A stretch of 64,000 nucleotides of DNA, taken from NCBI RefSeq assembly GCF_009914755.1, contig NC_060927.1. One strand, 5' to 3'. The DNA comes from the human T2T-CHM13v2.0 reference genome, Homo sapiens. Positions 1 to 13,670 of the stretch are shown here, piece by piece (positions within the stretch are counted from its first letter, which is position 1; each line of letters opens with the position of its first letter). The translations under genes and the position numbers were made by a program. The notes beneath the pieces were generated by a model that saw nothing but the letters and a program-made list of their open reading frames with translations, searched no databases and was not told the DNA's origin.

Positions 1-179
1 CCATAAGTCTGAGCGGCTTTGGGCATGTTATTGGGAGTGGCTAGTGGAGCCAAGACATAGGGAACTCTAGTCTGGGTGGGAGACACCTTGTCCAACCAAT
101 ATGAACAGGCACAAGGAGCTGTAGGGGGAAAGCAGCCAGCCATCAACCCAACTGAGGAAAAAAAATGACTAGAAATGAT

Positions 180-360
180 GTTGGACTACTTATAGCTTTG
201 TCGTTGTGGACAACTTTCTTAGCCTCCCTGAGTATTGGGTTTCTTTGTAGAAGGTAGAAGATAGTATCAACATCTCAGAGGAGTTGGGTTCACACAAGGT
301 AATGCATATGGTTCCCCTAGTGCTGGGCCTGGCACACCATAATTATTCACTATGTTAGTT
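180..360 (+). mobile_element. MIR SINE fragment
   Basis: Degenerate MIR core and tail (agcctccctgagtattgggtttc...gggcctggcacacc). Confidence 0.5.
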
Positions 361-430
361 CCTTCCGGACCCTACAGTTCTAGTGTGAACCACCCCAGAG
401 ATGAAAGGGCCGCATCCCTAGAGGTTCTTT

Positions 431-726
<296 letters not shown>

Positions 727-1031
727 CCCTAGGGGTTCTTTAGCTCCTGCATTAGGGATGGTAGAACTGCTTTTAAAACTCTAATGGAGGAAAAGCAAAT
801 GAGAACCTAACAATTGACCAAAAAGAGAGACCTATTAGAGAAACGTAGGATGGGGATCAAGCTGACGATAGCCCGTCAAGTGTACCAGGAGTCCTTGTTA
901 CATACAGCTCCTAAATATTTGGTATACCTAATACATGTTTATGATTTACAGTTCATCTATCTCTTTGCTTTATAAATAGAGAAGCCATTTGATATAGAAA
1001 GCTATGTATTTTTAAGAGGAACTAGAGGAAG

Positions 1032-1082
1032 AAGTCTGACATTTATGGGGTCTGGGTGCCAGACCCCATAAATGTCAGACTT
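1032..1082. repeat. Perfect inverted repeat, 24-bp arms with 3-nt loop
   Basis: aagtctgacatttatggggtctgg - gtg - ccagaccccataaatgtcagactt. Confidence 0.97.
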
Positions 1083-1099
1083 TTTTTTCCTGTACCTTC

Positions 1100-1275
1100 A
1101 TTATTTTATTTGACTTTCACAGCAACCTTGTAGAATAAATTATTATCCTTGTGTAACGGAAGAGGAAATCGAGGCCAAGAGAGGACAACTGAGTAGCCTG
1201 AGGTCATCAGCTCCTAGCAGGCAGAGCCAGACGTGGACCCAGGTCTGTCAGGTGTTAATGACAGTGCTCTTTATT
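1100..1275 (-). mobile_element. MIR SINE fragment
   Basis: cacagcaacc...gaggaaatcgaggc...ggcagagccag...cccaggtctg. Confidence 0.7.
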
Positions 1276-1349
1276 GGCCCACATTTGCTGAAATTCAGAA
1301 ACGCTTCCTAGCAGGAGAGGTTTGAAGAGCAGGCACAGCAGCCCCTCTG

Positions 1350-1455
1350 CACTGTGAGTGCTTGGAAGGCCAGGGCTGAGTTCTGCTTGGTAACCCCAGA
1401 GCCCAGGAACATCTGGCATGTGGCAGTCTTTTCAGTAAATATTTACTGAATGAAA
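1350..1455 (+). mobile_element. L2 3' end fragment
   Basis: Ends in agtaaatatttactgaatgaa, a typical L2 tail. Confidence 0.6.
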
Positions 1456-3379
1456 GTCACAAGTTAAGGTAGAAAACTATTTCAGACAGTGATAGATTGT
1501 CAGCAGTATGAAATTTATCATCTTTACAACATTGTTGAATTACTGAAAAATACGTGACATTTATTAATACAGGCTCTACTCAAGTGGCTCTCCAGCAGTT
1601 CAAAGATCTGTGTTTAGAATTGGACAATACATGAAAAACTGACACTAAATAAGATTCAAAATATGCCAGTAAGTTTTCTAATGACTAAAGAGACAAATGC
1701 TGCCTTTGGAGAAAAGTAAACTGATCACAAGCCTAAAAGTATATTTTAAAAAGTAATGTGATATAAATTTTGATTCACGTATTCTCTTCTTTTCTCTCAA
1801 AGTTTAAATGTTTGAAAGTTACCATTATGGAGATTATAAAAAGCACTATTTGTCTTTTACTAAATGTAAAGGACAGCACAAACAACTTTCAATAGATGGA
1901 AAATTAAAGTAAATGTAATAATTTAAAAAGTAAATATACTATGCCAGTTCTTGGCCAAATAAATGAAGCTATTAGCTGTGTGCTTTATAAGGATTTTGAT
2001 GGTAAAAATATAAATGAACGAGCAAGCTAAACATTGGTATTTCATTAGTAACCAGAGAACCATGGATTTGTCAAGCCTGGGATCCGATGGAAATTCTACT
2101 AGGCTAAAGAAACCAAGTTGTAGTCCAATGAAGATTTTTTGCTAAAAGTAAAAAGGTCGTGGAGTGTCTCCGCTCTGCACAACTGTATTGGAATTGGTTG
2201 AATAACTCAGTTCCTCCTTCCCCAGTAAACAGGGGCTTCAACACAAGAGCCAGATACATTTAAAAGCAAAAGACATCTTTTTCTTTTAATTTGGTCGGGG
2301 TATATTTAGAACCAACAGAAACCAGTTCTGTCATGGTGAAGGAAAGAGCGCTTTAAGCACCCTTTCATGTGAGTGCCTTTAGTGCTAGTTGACTTTTCCT
2401 TAGAAATTCATTTCACAGTCTTAGTGAAGATACACCAAGTATTTTGCAGTTTCATACAACTTTTGTTGAGATTGACCATTTCCTTTTCTTGAGGGAAATG
2501 GAATCCCTCTTGAGTTCTATGAAGCCATTGCTGACGGTGGCTGCGGTCTGGGTAGTCTTTTCAGTGGACAGTGGCATCGGTTGTCAAAAGGAACTTGACA
2601 TTTATGATTACCACAGGTTGAAAGAAGCTACCATCTTTTTTTTGGCTGTGTCTGTACTGCAGTTCTATAAATGGTATAATGTTGTGGCCTTCAGGAACTA
2701 CAAATTATTTTTAAGTGGTTATCCTGACTGAGCAAGCTGATTTGTATCAACTAGGTAGCTGAAAGTGAAATGTAATTTGCATCTATTAAGCCTTTAAACT
2801 TTCAAGCAAAATATGCTTTTCATAACATGGAGGAAAAAAAAGGTATTCATCATTTTCATAAATTAACCTGGTTGTAATATTAGTTTTTAATTCCATTTCA
2901 AGTTATATTTGTGTCCTAGCATACATTATAGCCTCTTAGATACTATCAGGCATATGAGGTCATTTAAATAGTATTTGATGATTTATTTGGTCAATTATTA
3001 TAGAGATCTATAATAGATGTCTATAACAGAGCTGTTTTTGTTCTCTCTCTCTCACTTTTTTGAGAACAGTTGTAACATTGCTTTCTCTTTATGGCATTTG
3101 GGGTGATTTGAGGTGAGTGAACACTGGGATTTTTAGCAATTATGTTCATTTGTAATTTTTAAAGGTGTAAGACCTACAAAATGTTATTCTTCCAAAAAAA
3201 TTTATATTGGCCTCATTTACATATATGAATGATAGTCCCTCTTTCCAGATACTCATTTCTGAGTTCAATGAATATTTGGTGAGTGCTTTCTTTGGGCAAA
3301 GCACCACATTAGAAAAGTCAGGGTGAATTTGGAATTAAAATATGACAAGTCCTTGCCCTTAAAAAGCTTATCATCTAGA

Positions 3380-3684
3380 CCTGCACTGTCAGATACACTA
3401 GCTGCTAGCCCCGCTTTGATTATTGAGCACTAAAAAATGTGCGCAGTCCAAATTGAGATGTGCTGTAAATGTAAAATATGGTGGATTTCAAAGACTTGAA
3501 AAGAATCCAGGTATCTCCATAACTTTTATATTGACTACATGTGGAAATGATAGTATTTTGGATATTTTGAGTTAAATAAAATTATTGAAGTTTATTTTAC
3601 CTGTTTCTTTTTAGATTTGTTAATGTGACTAGTAGAAAATTTTCAATTACATATGTGGCGCTCATACATTTTTGGACACCATTG
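3380..3684 (-). mobile_element. MER33-like hAT-Charlie DNA transposon fossil
   Basis: ccaaattgagatgtgctgtaa...gatttcaaagactt...aattacatatgtggc, with degenerate TIR-like ends. Confidence 0.75.
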
Positions 3685-4124
3685 ATGTAGACATTGTCTC
3701 TGCTTCCTCCCAATACTGTCACTAAGGGAAAGTATTCATCTACCCAAAGATAATTAAGTGTCCACCCCATAAATACAAATGTTTATAACCACAAACAATA
3801 GCAATAGAAGCATAATGATTTCTTGTTAGCCCTTTAATTGGCCCATTATTATGTAAATATGTAGCTAGATAGCGTAGTTTTTTTTTCACTGTATGATAAA
3901 AAATAGTAGTAATGCTGAAACCAAGGTTTGTAGGTGCTCAGACAGGATAGGAATAATAAGAAAGGAAAGAGGGGAAAGGATGGCCATTCTCATCTAATAA
4001 TGATTGCCTGAAGCATGTAAAGATGTCAAGGAAGCGTATCTGAGATTGTCACTCAACTGGGAATGATATAGGCAGAGGAGATAGCTCTGATCAAATCCTC
4101 ACAAAATGCATTATATAGGAGAGA

Positions 4125-4166
4125 ATGATGAGGATGACGATGACGATGATGGTGATGATGATGATA
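4125..4166. repeat. Imperfect (GAT)n microsatellite
   Basis: atgatgaggatgacgatgacgatgatggtgatgatgatgata. Confidence 0.85.
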
Positions 4167-4189
4167 GCAGTAGTAATGTCAACCACATT

Positions 4190-4375
4190 AATTATACTTG
4201 ACATTTATTGGGAGCATCAGAATCTTTAGTGGGCATTTCTACCTTATCTTGTTTAATAACAACAACCCTAGGATACAGTACTATTATTGTAGTCCCTGTT
4301 TTAGGGTTAGCTACACAGGAAGGGCTGGTGCAGAAGACAGACCAGAGCCTGACACCCAGTCTTTTTCACTTAGGT
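4190..4375 (-). mobile_element. MIR SINE fragment
   Basis: acatttattggg...aacaaccctagg...tactattattg. Confidence 0.55.
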
Positions 4376-4669
4376 ACTCTATAAAGGGCTGCCTGAGTTC
4401 ATGCATTTTAACTCCCTTCTGCATTGGTGGTCAGAGGCCCTGCGGAAGCATTAGAGGCATCAGCCAACCAACTTTCCTTTTATGAGAGACCAAAGTGTTT
4501 GTAAGCTTGCAATGAGCTCTTAAAAGGCAGCTTTGTGTAGTTTTTACTATTTAGGTCCAAGAGATTAACTTGGAAGTTAATTTCAGTGAACTCCTTTTTG
4601 CCTTTCCAGTAATTCCAGTAAGTAAGACTCGAGGACTTGTAATGTAAAAATCTTAGTTAGGTCAGCCTC

Positions 4670-4815
4670 TACAGCGCTTTCATATTTATTATCTCCTTTG
4701 TGCCTTATCAAACCCTTTAAAGTAATTAAGAACAAGTAGTTATTTTCTTCATTTTATAAAATAGCAGCTGAGGTTTGGAGAGGTTTATTGACTTCCCAAG
4801 GCTGCACAGTTTGAG
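4670..4815 (-). mobile_element. MIR SINE fragment
   Basis: ttcattttataaaatagcagctgaggtttggagaggtttattgacttcccaagg. Confidence 0.6.
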
Positions 4816-4821
4816 CATTGA

Positions 4822-5245
4822 GTCACTCGGGGTCCAACTGGAAAAAGAACATTTAAAATAGAGATAATTTAATATAAGGAATTATTACAGGTAGTGGAAG
4901 AACCAGGAGGCCAAATGAGATTGAGATTGGTGATGCCACCCAAAGGTTGTCAACAGCAGATAACTATCCCCACCCACAGGATAGAGAGACAGGGAGCAGG
5001 TGATGGGGCTTTGGGAACTCAGAGGGGATGCAGCGTTTGCTGGAGACACTCACCTTGCCCTGCAGAGAGAGGAGGAGGGAACCACCCATTCCCCGGCTTT
5101 GCCCTTCTTCTTACCCAGCCTTCAGTCTGCTGTCAGAGCCTCATGTGCATAACCCAGTGGGCATCCAGCTGAGTTGGGATCTGAAGAAGTCTTCCATGAG
5201 GGCTAGCCCTGTGGCTACCGAACAGAGCAGGGGAGGAGGAGGAGG
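4822..5245. mobile_element. Old ERVL/MaLR-type LTR fragment (subfamily uncertain)
   Basis: aatttaatataaggaattattacagg...acagagcagggg resembles ancient LTR33/MLT-type sequence. Confidence 0.4.
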
Positions 5246-6370
5246 AACTGACCTGCCTGGGTACTATTTAACCTCTGAAATGGGATGATAGGTCCTGCTT
5301 CACAGAGTTGAGGATTCATAATAGTAGCTCAGTAAAGGTTAGCTCACCTCCTTTCCATGGGCACAACTGCATTTAACGGCAGACAGTAGTTACCATGTGG
5401 CTTGAAAAGCTGAGGTATGTGGTGGTGAGAATTATTAGGATTCTGATCACCTCTCTGAGTGCTGTGAGCTACTGTGGATTTTTCTGGATCATGGGTTTTA
5501 TTCTCCATACTTTATTCTCTTCATTCTTTTTGAAATGTTCTTTTTAATTCTTAAAGAAAAATTAATTGATAAAGAAAATCCATTATATCTTCTAACTCAA
5601 GGAACCTTCCAGTTTTGTCTGGAAGTATGGGGTAGTGGGTCACAAGATGAGACTGCCCCTGGAGAATGGATACAGGCCATGGAGAGGGTTGGTTTTCCCG
5701 TATTCCTGGTTGTATCTTATTTTTTATAGCCTGTGTTTTCAAGTTTTAGTCTTATTAAATTAATGCTTTCAAAGTAATGCTTTCAAAAGTACAACTAAAT
5801 TACTTAAAAAATAAATTTATAATTGGAATAAAACATGGTTTAGCTAAAACTCCAGTTCTTTCCAGAGGACAAAATGTGATTTCTGTGTTGCCATTATAAT
5901 TTTCAGTAAACCCAAGTGAATTTTACCATCATATTTAGATTGAGGGAGGAGGGGAGATGATTCAAATTACATTAAAAGATAATCTAATTTTTAGGTGCAT
6001 TTCTTAAGTGCCATGAGCCACAGACTCAACTCAGCAGCCCTGCAAAGAATTTCTGAACTTGAAGAGTTGAATTTTCAGATGATGGAGGGATATTAGAGAG
6101 TCCAAGATTGTCAGTGGTGACATGTGATAGTAGTGATGTCATATGTGTGTAATATATTAGTGTTTTGACTTAAAATGAGAGATACAATACACATGCATAT
6201 GAACAGGGCAGAGGGATTGGGTGGTGATCGGGGTGGAGTGGTGATGGCCCTGATTCAATCATCAGAAAAACTGACCAGTGATCTCTTAAGAAGGTCACCT
6301 GGAACAGCCCAGCCATCAGTGCCTTCACCCTTCCTGGCACCTCACCTCCTTTCTTCAGCTCTGAGAACTC

Positions 6371-6767
6371 ACATTTAACTTCTAACATCCGCCTTCTACC
6401 ACTGTGTTCCCTTTGTGAAGGGAACCACTAACTGCCCTCCACAGTGCTCACCACACCTACGTTATCACATCCAGCAAATAACCCCCATTTGCATCTCTTC
6501 CCCATTTGTGGGCTATACAGGCATTGTGGTGAGATAGGTGAGAAGGCCAGAGTGTGGGAGAGGCAAGAGCTGAGATTGGAGAATCTGAATTACAGCATCC
6601 AAAGGTGTGTGGTGAGCACAGGCCAGTGCCTGCAGGGCTCCCCTTCCTGGTAGCCAAGCAAGAGCAGGATCCTGCATAGCGAAGCAGGTGGCCACATTGT
6701 CCTCCCCACAAGATCCATGCCCATCAGAAGGAAATTCCAGCCAAGGGCTGGGCAAGGACTCAGTTCT
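6371..6767 (+). repeat. Local duplication, copy A (397 bp)
   Basis: Aligns without gaps to 8772-9168 at offset 2401; 26 mismatches by hand count (about 93.5% identity). Confidence 0.96.
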
Positions 6768-7210
6768 AGCCAGGCAGGCTAAGGATTGGATTAAGGATCC
6801 ATGCCCATGAAGGGGCAGAGGGTAGGGAGAACTGTAGCCAGCCTCAGGAAATAAACAAAAAGCAGTCATAAGGATTCAGCCACCATGCCCAAAGATACAC
6901 ATGGCTGTTCATCTCCTGGGTTCAAGGCAGCAAGACTAAGCCAGACTTCACAAGCAGGTAGAAGTGGGTTCCTGGCCTGGGTAGCATGGACTCCCAGACT
7001 GGACAAGGTGAAGCCTACAGGTTGAAAGGTGAGGAGACCTTTGGTGAAGCCTACGAGTTGAAAGTGTCCAGACAGACTAGAACTGGCAACCTGCCTGACT
7101 GCCAGTCAGGATGAGAATACCCCTGTAGCTGAGATTATACTTTGATTGTACCTGCATTTCCAGTGCCTGGGACTTAGAACTTAACACATTATTAATAAGG
7201 TCACTTTCAG

Positions 7211-7325
7211 GTAGGATGATCATATGTTTCAGTTTGCCCAGGGCAGTCCCTGTTGATGTGGCATGTTTATTGATACCCACATTCACTCTTTTTAACTGTC
7301 CCACTTTAGATGTCATTCTACCTTG
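7211..7325. mobile_element. MER94-like hAT-Blackjack fragment
   Basis: taggatgatcatatgtttcagtttgcccagggcagtccc...tgtcccactttagatg. Confidence 0.5.
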
Positions 7326-8771
7326 GGTAATATAGTTCACCAGTTGCTGGTGGTTCCAGCCATTCCTGTGGTTTGCAGGTGCCGGGGACCTCATGTGTTC
7401 CCTCCTGTCAGAACCTTCTGTTGGGACACCATTTCATTCCCAGTGCTCTCTCTCCAAAGGTCTCCTCTCTAAGTAGCTTGAACTTTAGTGAGTCAGTATA
7501 GAGTTGCGTAATGGACTGAAGGGTCAGCTTCAAAACTCTGGAATTAAAGCCTTGTTAGAATTGGTAATTGGTATGGCAGCCTGACTCTTGGAATAAGGAT
7601 AGCATCCTGCTTATTAATAAGGGGATTTGGTAATTAGCTTGCAGGTAGAATTTGTCCATGTTTTTATTTCTGGATAACTTTAATGAAATAAAATACAGTA
7701 TAATTAGATGTGGCATTTTAAGCTTGCATTATAATACTTTTATGTAAAATCTAAGCATGACTTATAAATGCCTATATTTTATTCTCACATCAGCATCCAT
7801 ATTAATGCAAGGCCCTTCCAGTTCCAACTCTCAAAACTACTACGCAGTGTGTACTTTGTAGGATTGCCTGAGCTTCTTGGTTTTATAGTCTATATAAAAT
7901 GGTATAGAGACCCTCTTAATCATATGTTCTGTGCCATATTATTTAAAACATGAGCTAGGTTCAGGAAGCTGTATTTAGAATGAATTTGGTGCCTGTGTGA
8001 AATTAATTGTACATTTACCCCTGGTAATTTTCTCTCAGTAGATGGGACTTAACAGCAGTGAGGCCTGGTAATGGTGACACAAGATTCATTGAAGCAGTTA
8101 AATTGCTTTAGTCACTGGCAGCATATGCCACTTAAAATACATTAATGATGAGATTTTGCTGGTTTTTAAAACTGCTTTTTATTTTAGTTTGATAAGCTAA
8201 TTAATTTGGAAGGGACTTATGGTTTTAGAAAGGTATACAGTGATTCAGGAAAATGGCAGAACTGGACCTTCTGCAGTCCAAATTCACATTACTCTATTTT
8301 GCAAATGCTTTAGATTAATCACTTGAGTCTTCTGGATTCGGGCCATGCAGATATTGACATTTTTATTGATTTCTTAACCCAAGCATGGCTTTTAATTAAA
8401 AAAAAATGGAGCTTACTATGGGTATGACATAAAGTGGATGTATATTGTTGCTCTCTGCCAAGTAGATACAAAGACTGTGAGCATGTCTGTGCCACTTCAG
8501 CAGATGTTTGTGTTAGGAAATCTTTCATTTGCATATAACACCTCTAAGTAGAAAAGCAGTGGATTTGAGATTTGCTGGAATTTTTAAATTACTCATTAAT
8601 TTTGCAAAGTGGATTTACAGCAATGCATATTATAACATTTTGAGATAATTGTAATTATTTTAAAACTGTTTTTAAAATATATAGATTTCTACTTGGTGTT
8701 TGAAATGGTGATCCTACAAGTGGTGCTCTTTGAGTTCATTCATTCATTCATTCGGGGGCTCAAGAGACTTG

Positions 8772-9168
8772 ATATTTAGCTTCTGACATCCCCCTTCTAC
8801 CACCGTGTTCCCTTTGTGAAAGGAACCACTACCTGCTCTCCACAGTGCTCACCACAGCTCCGTTATTACATCCAGCAAATAATCCCCATTTGCATCTCTT
8901 CCCCATTTGTGGGCTATACAGGCATCGTGATGAGATAGGTGAGAAGGCCAGAGTATGGAAGAGGCAAGAGCTGAGATTGGAGAATCTGAATTAGAGTGTC
9001 CAAAGGTGTGTGGTGAGCACAGGCCAGTGCCTGCAGGGCTCCCCTTCTTGGAAGCCAAGCAACAGCAGGATCCTGCACAGCTAAGCAGGTGGTCACATTG
9101 TCCTCCCCACAAGATCCATGCCCATCAGAAGGAAATTCCAGCCAAGGGCTGGGCAAGGACTTAGTTCT
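8772..9168 (+). repeat. Local duplication, copy B (397 bp)
   Basis: Direct repeat of 6371-6767; explains the paralogous short ORFs 6457..6711 and 8849..9112. Confidence 0.96.
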
Positions 9169-11554
9169 TGGGAACTTGATCCCCTGCATGAATTTTTCCA
9201 GCCAGAGGCTATTTAAACATCATATGTCCTTTAGTGTAGTTTATTTAGGGTGTTAAGGCAGAAACAAAATAAATGCCTACATGTATAAGCTGGTGATTCT
9301 TAGTGTGGTAAAACAAAAGAGACTTCTTCCGTTTGTTGACCTTTTAAAACAGGTGGTGAGTTGTATTTGCACACAAAGGGGAAATGCAGATGATTATCAG
9401 TTTTGTACATATTTGTATTTGTTCTGTCTGCAGCCCAGGAACGTGCACTCTCAGGCCGCAGGGCCTTCTCTAAGGAGGTGCTGGCTCCCCTCACAACAGA
9501 GGCAGGCTAGCTTTTTTCTGATCCTTCCCCCAGGCTTGTGAGCTTCTTCCAACATTGCAGTCTCTTTACTACCCCAAATCCATGTAATTGTTGTTCACTC
9601 TGATTGGCTTTCTCTTCTCCACATAATATATTAAAATCTAATATTTGAAGTTTTGTATTTTAAACCATTTTGATTTTAGCACTTTAGCTGTAGACTTTGG
9701 ATTACATTACTAAAATTGGGCTTATTTTTTTTCCATTGACAAGTATAATCTGCTCTTTTTTGTGATGTATTAGACAACTCTATGTGTAATGTGGCCGTAG
9801 GCTCCGTGGAGGATTCAATAAGCCAAAAATAAATTTTTTCAGCCTGAATTCTGCTTCTTAAAAGTGTATACTCTGGTTGGGAAGGTTTACAGATTTTACA
9901 AACATGTGTTGTCTCTATGGTACTGACTTTAAGCACAAAAGGATTTAAGAGAAGAGAGGTTAGCCACACTCAAGTAAAGTAAACCCTTTCACCGAAGGCC
10001 TAGGGTTTCAGCCAGACCTCTAGGATGGGGCCACATTTGGAGATGAAAGGTTAGGACAGAGAATAATATGGGCAGGGAAATCAGCACTGGCCCCAGAAGT
10101 GGCTGAGGAACATAGATATCCTACTCTGGGAAGCTGCAATCTAACCTGGAACAATTAGGTGAGCACACCTACTGAGTTGTTTTGAGGAATAGAAAGAAGC
10201 AAAACACTGAGTCCCAGGCTTAGCACATGGAGAGCACTCAAGAACTGGCAGAAGTAGCCATTGTTGCAGGAATGGTTATAGTGAGAGGAGTGGGCTGCGA
10301 CTCAGGGCATCAGGAGACTTAGGCCTTCCCGTAGGCGAGACTGACACCACATCCTGCCCTGGACTCAGGGCCTTCCTACCCAGGAAGGAAGAGAGTAGAC
10401 CACTCTCTTCCCTTCCAGCCTCCAGCTGGACACCTGTAGGCAAGTTACCTTATCTCTCTGGAACTGAAGATCTTGATAATACTCGTGTTATAGGATTGTT
10501 GAATACATAGTAACTGTGTAATTAATAAATTTGAGCTATATATGATTCCAAATTCCTAGGCCAGAAGATTCAGACAGTGGGACCATAAGGGAAATGGGCC
10601 AGTGACATAAGGAAGCTGGTCAGGAAGCCAGGGTGAATTTGGTTTTACAGGAATTTGAGGAAAGAGCTGAAAAAGAGATATGGTAGAGACCCAATTTATA
10701 AGTCAGAACACAGAGGATGCTGTTATCAAAAAAAAAAAAGTTTTGTTAACAGATTTATCTCCATGTGGCCGTTTGGTAGGCAGTGAACATTTTGTTACAG
10801 AAATACTCATTTGAACATTGACTGGTATTGCTATAGAATTGTAATTATTTGATTTTTAAATAAATATTATAGATAAAACAGCCAAAGTTGAAAAATCTTA
10901 AAATTTAATTATTTACCTATCTGTCCTTGTACTATCAACTTTGTCTTCATACTATTTTACATCCAAAAGACCTCTTGTACTGAGATGTTTCGAAAAATTC
11001 TTTTGAAGATGCTTGATATAAAAGTTATATGATCTGTCACCCCTCAATTGAAGAAACAAAAAAATGACTTATGCTTCTTTTAAAAACACATATACCTTAC
11101 ATAAACAGTTATTTTGATAAGTTAAAGAATTAGCTTATTTTGTCTTTCTTTTAGTTCCAAGGCCATCATTGGCTTTATTAAGATGACCAGTTCATTGAAA
11201 AGATTTTCTATTCTGACTATCAAAATTGGTCCGGCCAGAGGCTATAGAAGATAAGGCCCATTCCCTTTAAAAGTTTACCTTCTACTTGAGGAGATAAGAC
11301 TGACCCACATAAAACAATTAGATAACTGAATAAGACTGTAATTAATTATGCTAAATTACAGGGTAGACACTATAAATACCGTAAGAGTTTAGAGAAGAGA
11401 GAACACTGAGGGCTGAACTAGGGTGGCTCATGAATGGTTTGGAACTTATGAGTGTTTTGTAGAAAGCTGAGTTTCCCTTTTATGTAATTCATTATTTAGT
11501 TTCTTTTCTTATTTTTCCAATCTAATTGTCCCCCTCCACATACACATTAATTTC

Positions 11555-11864
<310 letters not shown>

Positions 11865-13469
11865 ACACACATTAATTTCATATGCAGATAAACCATTTGG
11901 TTAAAAAAGGCCCCAGGAAGAAGTTATTTTCCTACAAGACAAGATAGGAAATAATAAACAAAGTGATCACATAATAAATTGTCAGTGGGGCAATTCTCCT
12001 TAATTTTAAAATAATTATGGAATTATTAAAATTTCTGACTTGAAGAGTTACTATTCTTTGTTTGCTCTGGTGGATGTGATGTGTCCCAGGGCAATAGCTT
12101 TGCCCCTGCATGCTGATGGATCTCTAAGAAACTTTCCTTCTCACTCCTGCATCAACCCCTGGATTGCATTTTTTCCCTCAACCCCAAGCAGTGCCAGAGT
12201 TAAAGATTAAAAAATGAGGAAAATAATTTTTTTTTTCAAAGTTATCCTGAAATAGTGAAGAACCAGCACAGTGTAGGGGAAAGAAAATTAATGATTGAGA
12301 AGTTACTCTTAGAATTGATCATATTTTTCGCATTATGTGATTCAACTTGCATACCTTTTAAAATTCAATGCAATTTACTAGACAGTTATTACCAATTAAA
12401 GTTATATAACTACATCTTTAAATAGCTCTGTAGTATAGGAAGTCAGCAGGCTCTGTAATGTGCTGAATATGAAACTACATATCCACAGTTGAGAAACACA
12501 GTTTTCACACCAAATTTTGCCAGCCACTTAAGTACCATTATAATAGATCATAAATTAAAATGTATTAACATCATTATTTTCACTAGAATCTAAAGGATCA
12601 CTAGTGTAATTTATAGGAGCTCGGTGCTTACCGTTAAGTTTTTCACTACTGGAGAAAACTGTGAATTTTATTGCAGTTTGCACTGGACACAGATGTAGAC
12701 TGTGGCTTTATATATTTACTTTCAGGAAACATTTTGGTAGTAGTGAAAATGCTTTGCCAAAAGAGTGTTGTTGTGAAAGCAGTATTGTATGTCATTATGG
12801 TCCTATGATTTCACAATTAGAGATACCCTTGTTTTAAAGGCAGATGTAACCCATTACATATTTGAATTATTTGGAACCTTTAACCTGACTTTGAAAGCTT
12901 CCTGTTACAGAAATTGGAAATTTGTTTTCTTCACATGTAGCTGTTTTGGGTGCTGTAGGTTTATCCACATTGCAAATAACAGGAGAGTGTGAAATGGAAT
13001 CATCTGAATAATTCCAGTCACAAAGTGCTTTGAGTGAGGTCATTTGATCATTTTTTAGATAAAAATATTCTGGAGATTATGGGGATCATTGCTTCAAATT
13101 TGTACTCTTATGTGAATACTTATACAAGACTTAAATGATCATTTTAATTAAATTGATGGGCTTTAAAATTAACACAAGACTTTGAGAAATGGTTTTTTTT
13201 CCCTATGGGTGTGGGGATGCAGCCTTCTGAAGCTTTTTGAGAGGGCAGCTGGCTATCTTTGACAGTTTCCTAGTATATCTTGGGCATCACATACGTTTGG
13301 TTGTGCATCAGTTAAACAAGACTCAGAGAGGGTGACGTTCATTCTGTTTCTTCTGTGATAGGATTATCTTTCAACAAATCCTAAGTGTTTAGAGTATTGC
13401 AGTGACACATTTATGATGGTATTTGTCTTTGTTATTCTTCCATGAAGAAATAATTTCAGACTGAAATGT

Positions 13470-13670
13470 ATTTATTGAACAGGATCTAATGTACAGTGTA
13501 CCAAATTCCAGGCAGTGTTTAGAGCAGTTTTCAAATATGAACTCATCTTATCATTGTAACAACCCTGTGAGGTAGGTACCATAAATAACATTTGGGGAAT
13601 AGGTATTATTTTGATGGCTATTTTACAGGTGAGGAAACCGAGGCACAGAGGACATGCAGTGCTAGCTCAC
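13470..13670 (-). mobile_element. MIR SINE
   Basis: aacaaccctgtgaggtaggtac...ttttacaggtgaggaaaccgaggcacagag. Confidence 0.8.

Noticed and set aside
1032-1088. Hairpin plus T-run as a rho-independent terminator
   Set aside because: This is a mammalian intron; no bacterial sequence or Pol III promoter is evident.
6213-6247. G-rich stretch as a G-quadruplex
   Set aside because: Only three runs of three or more G; not a canonical G4.
6371-9168. Two ~400-bp direct repeats as paired LTRs of a MaLR/ERV provirus
   Set aside because: No TG...CA termini, TSD, primer-binding site or polypurine tract, and the spacer is ordinary intronic DNA containing an old DNA-transposon fragment.
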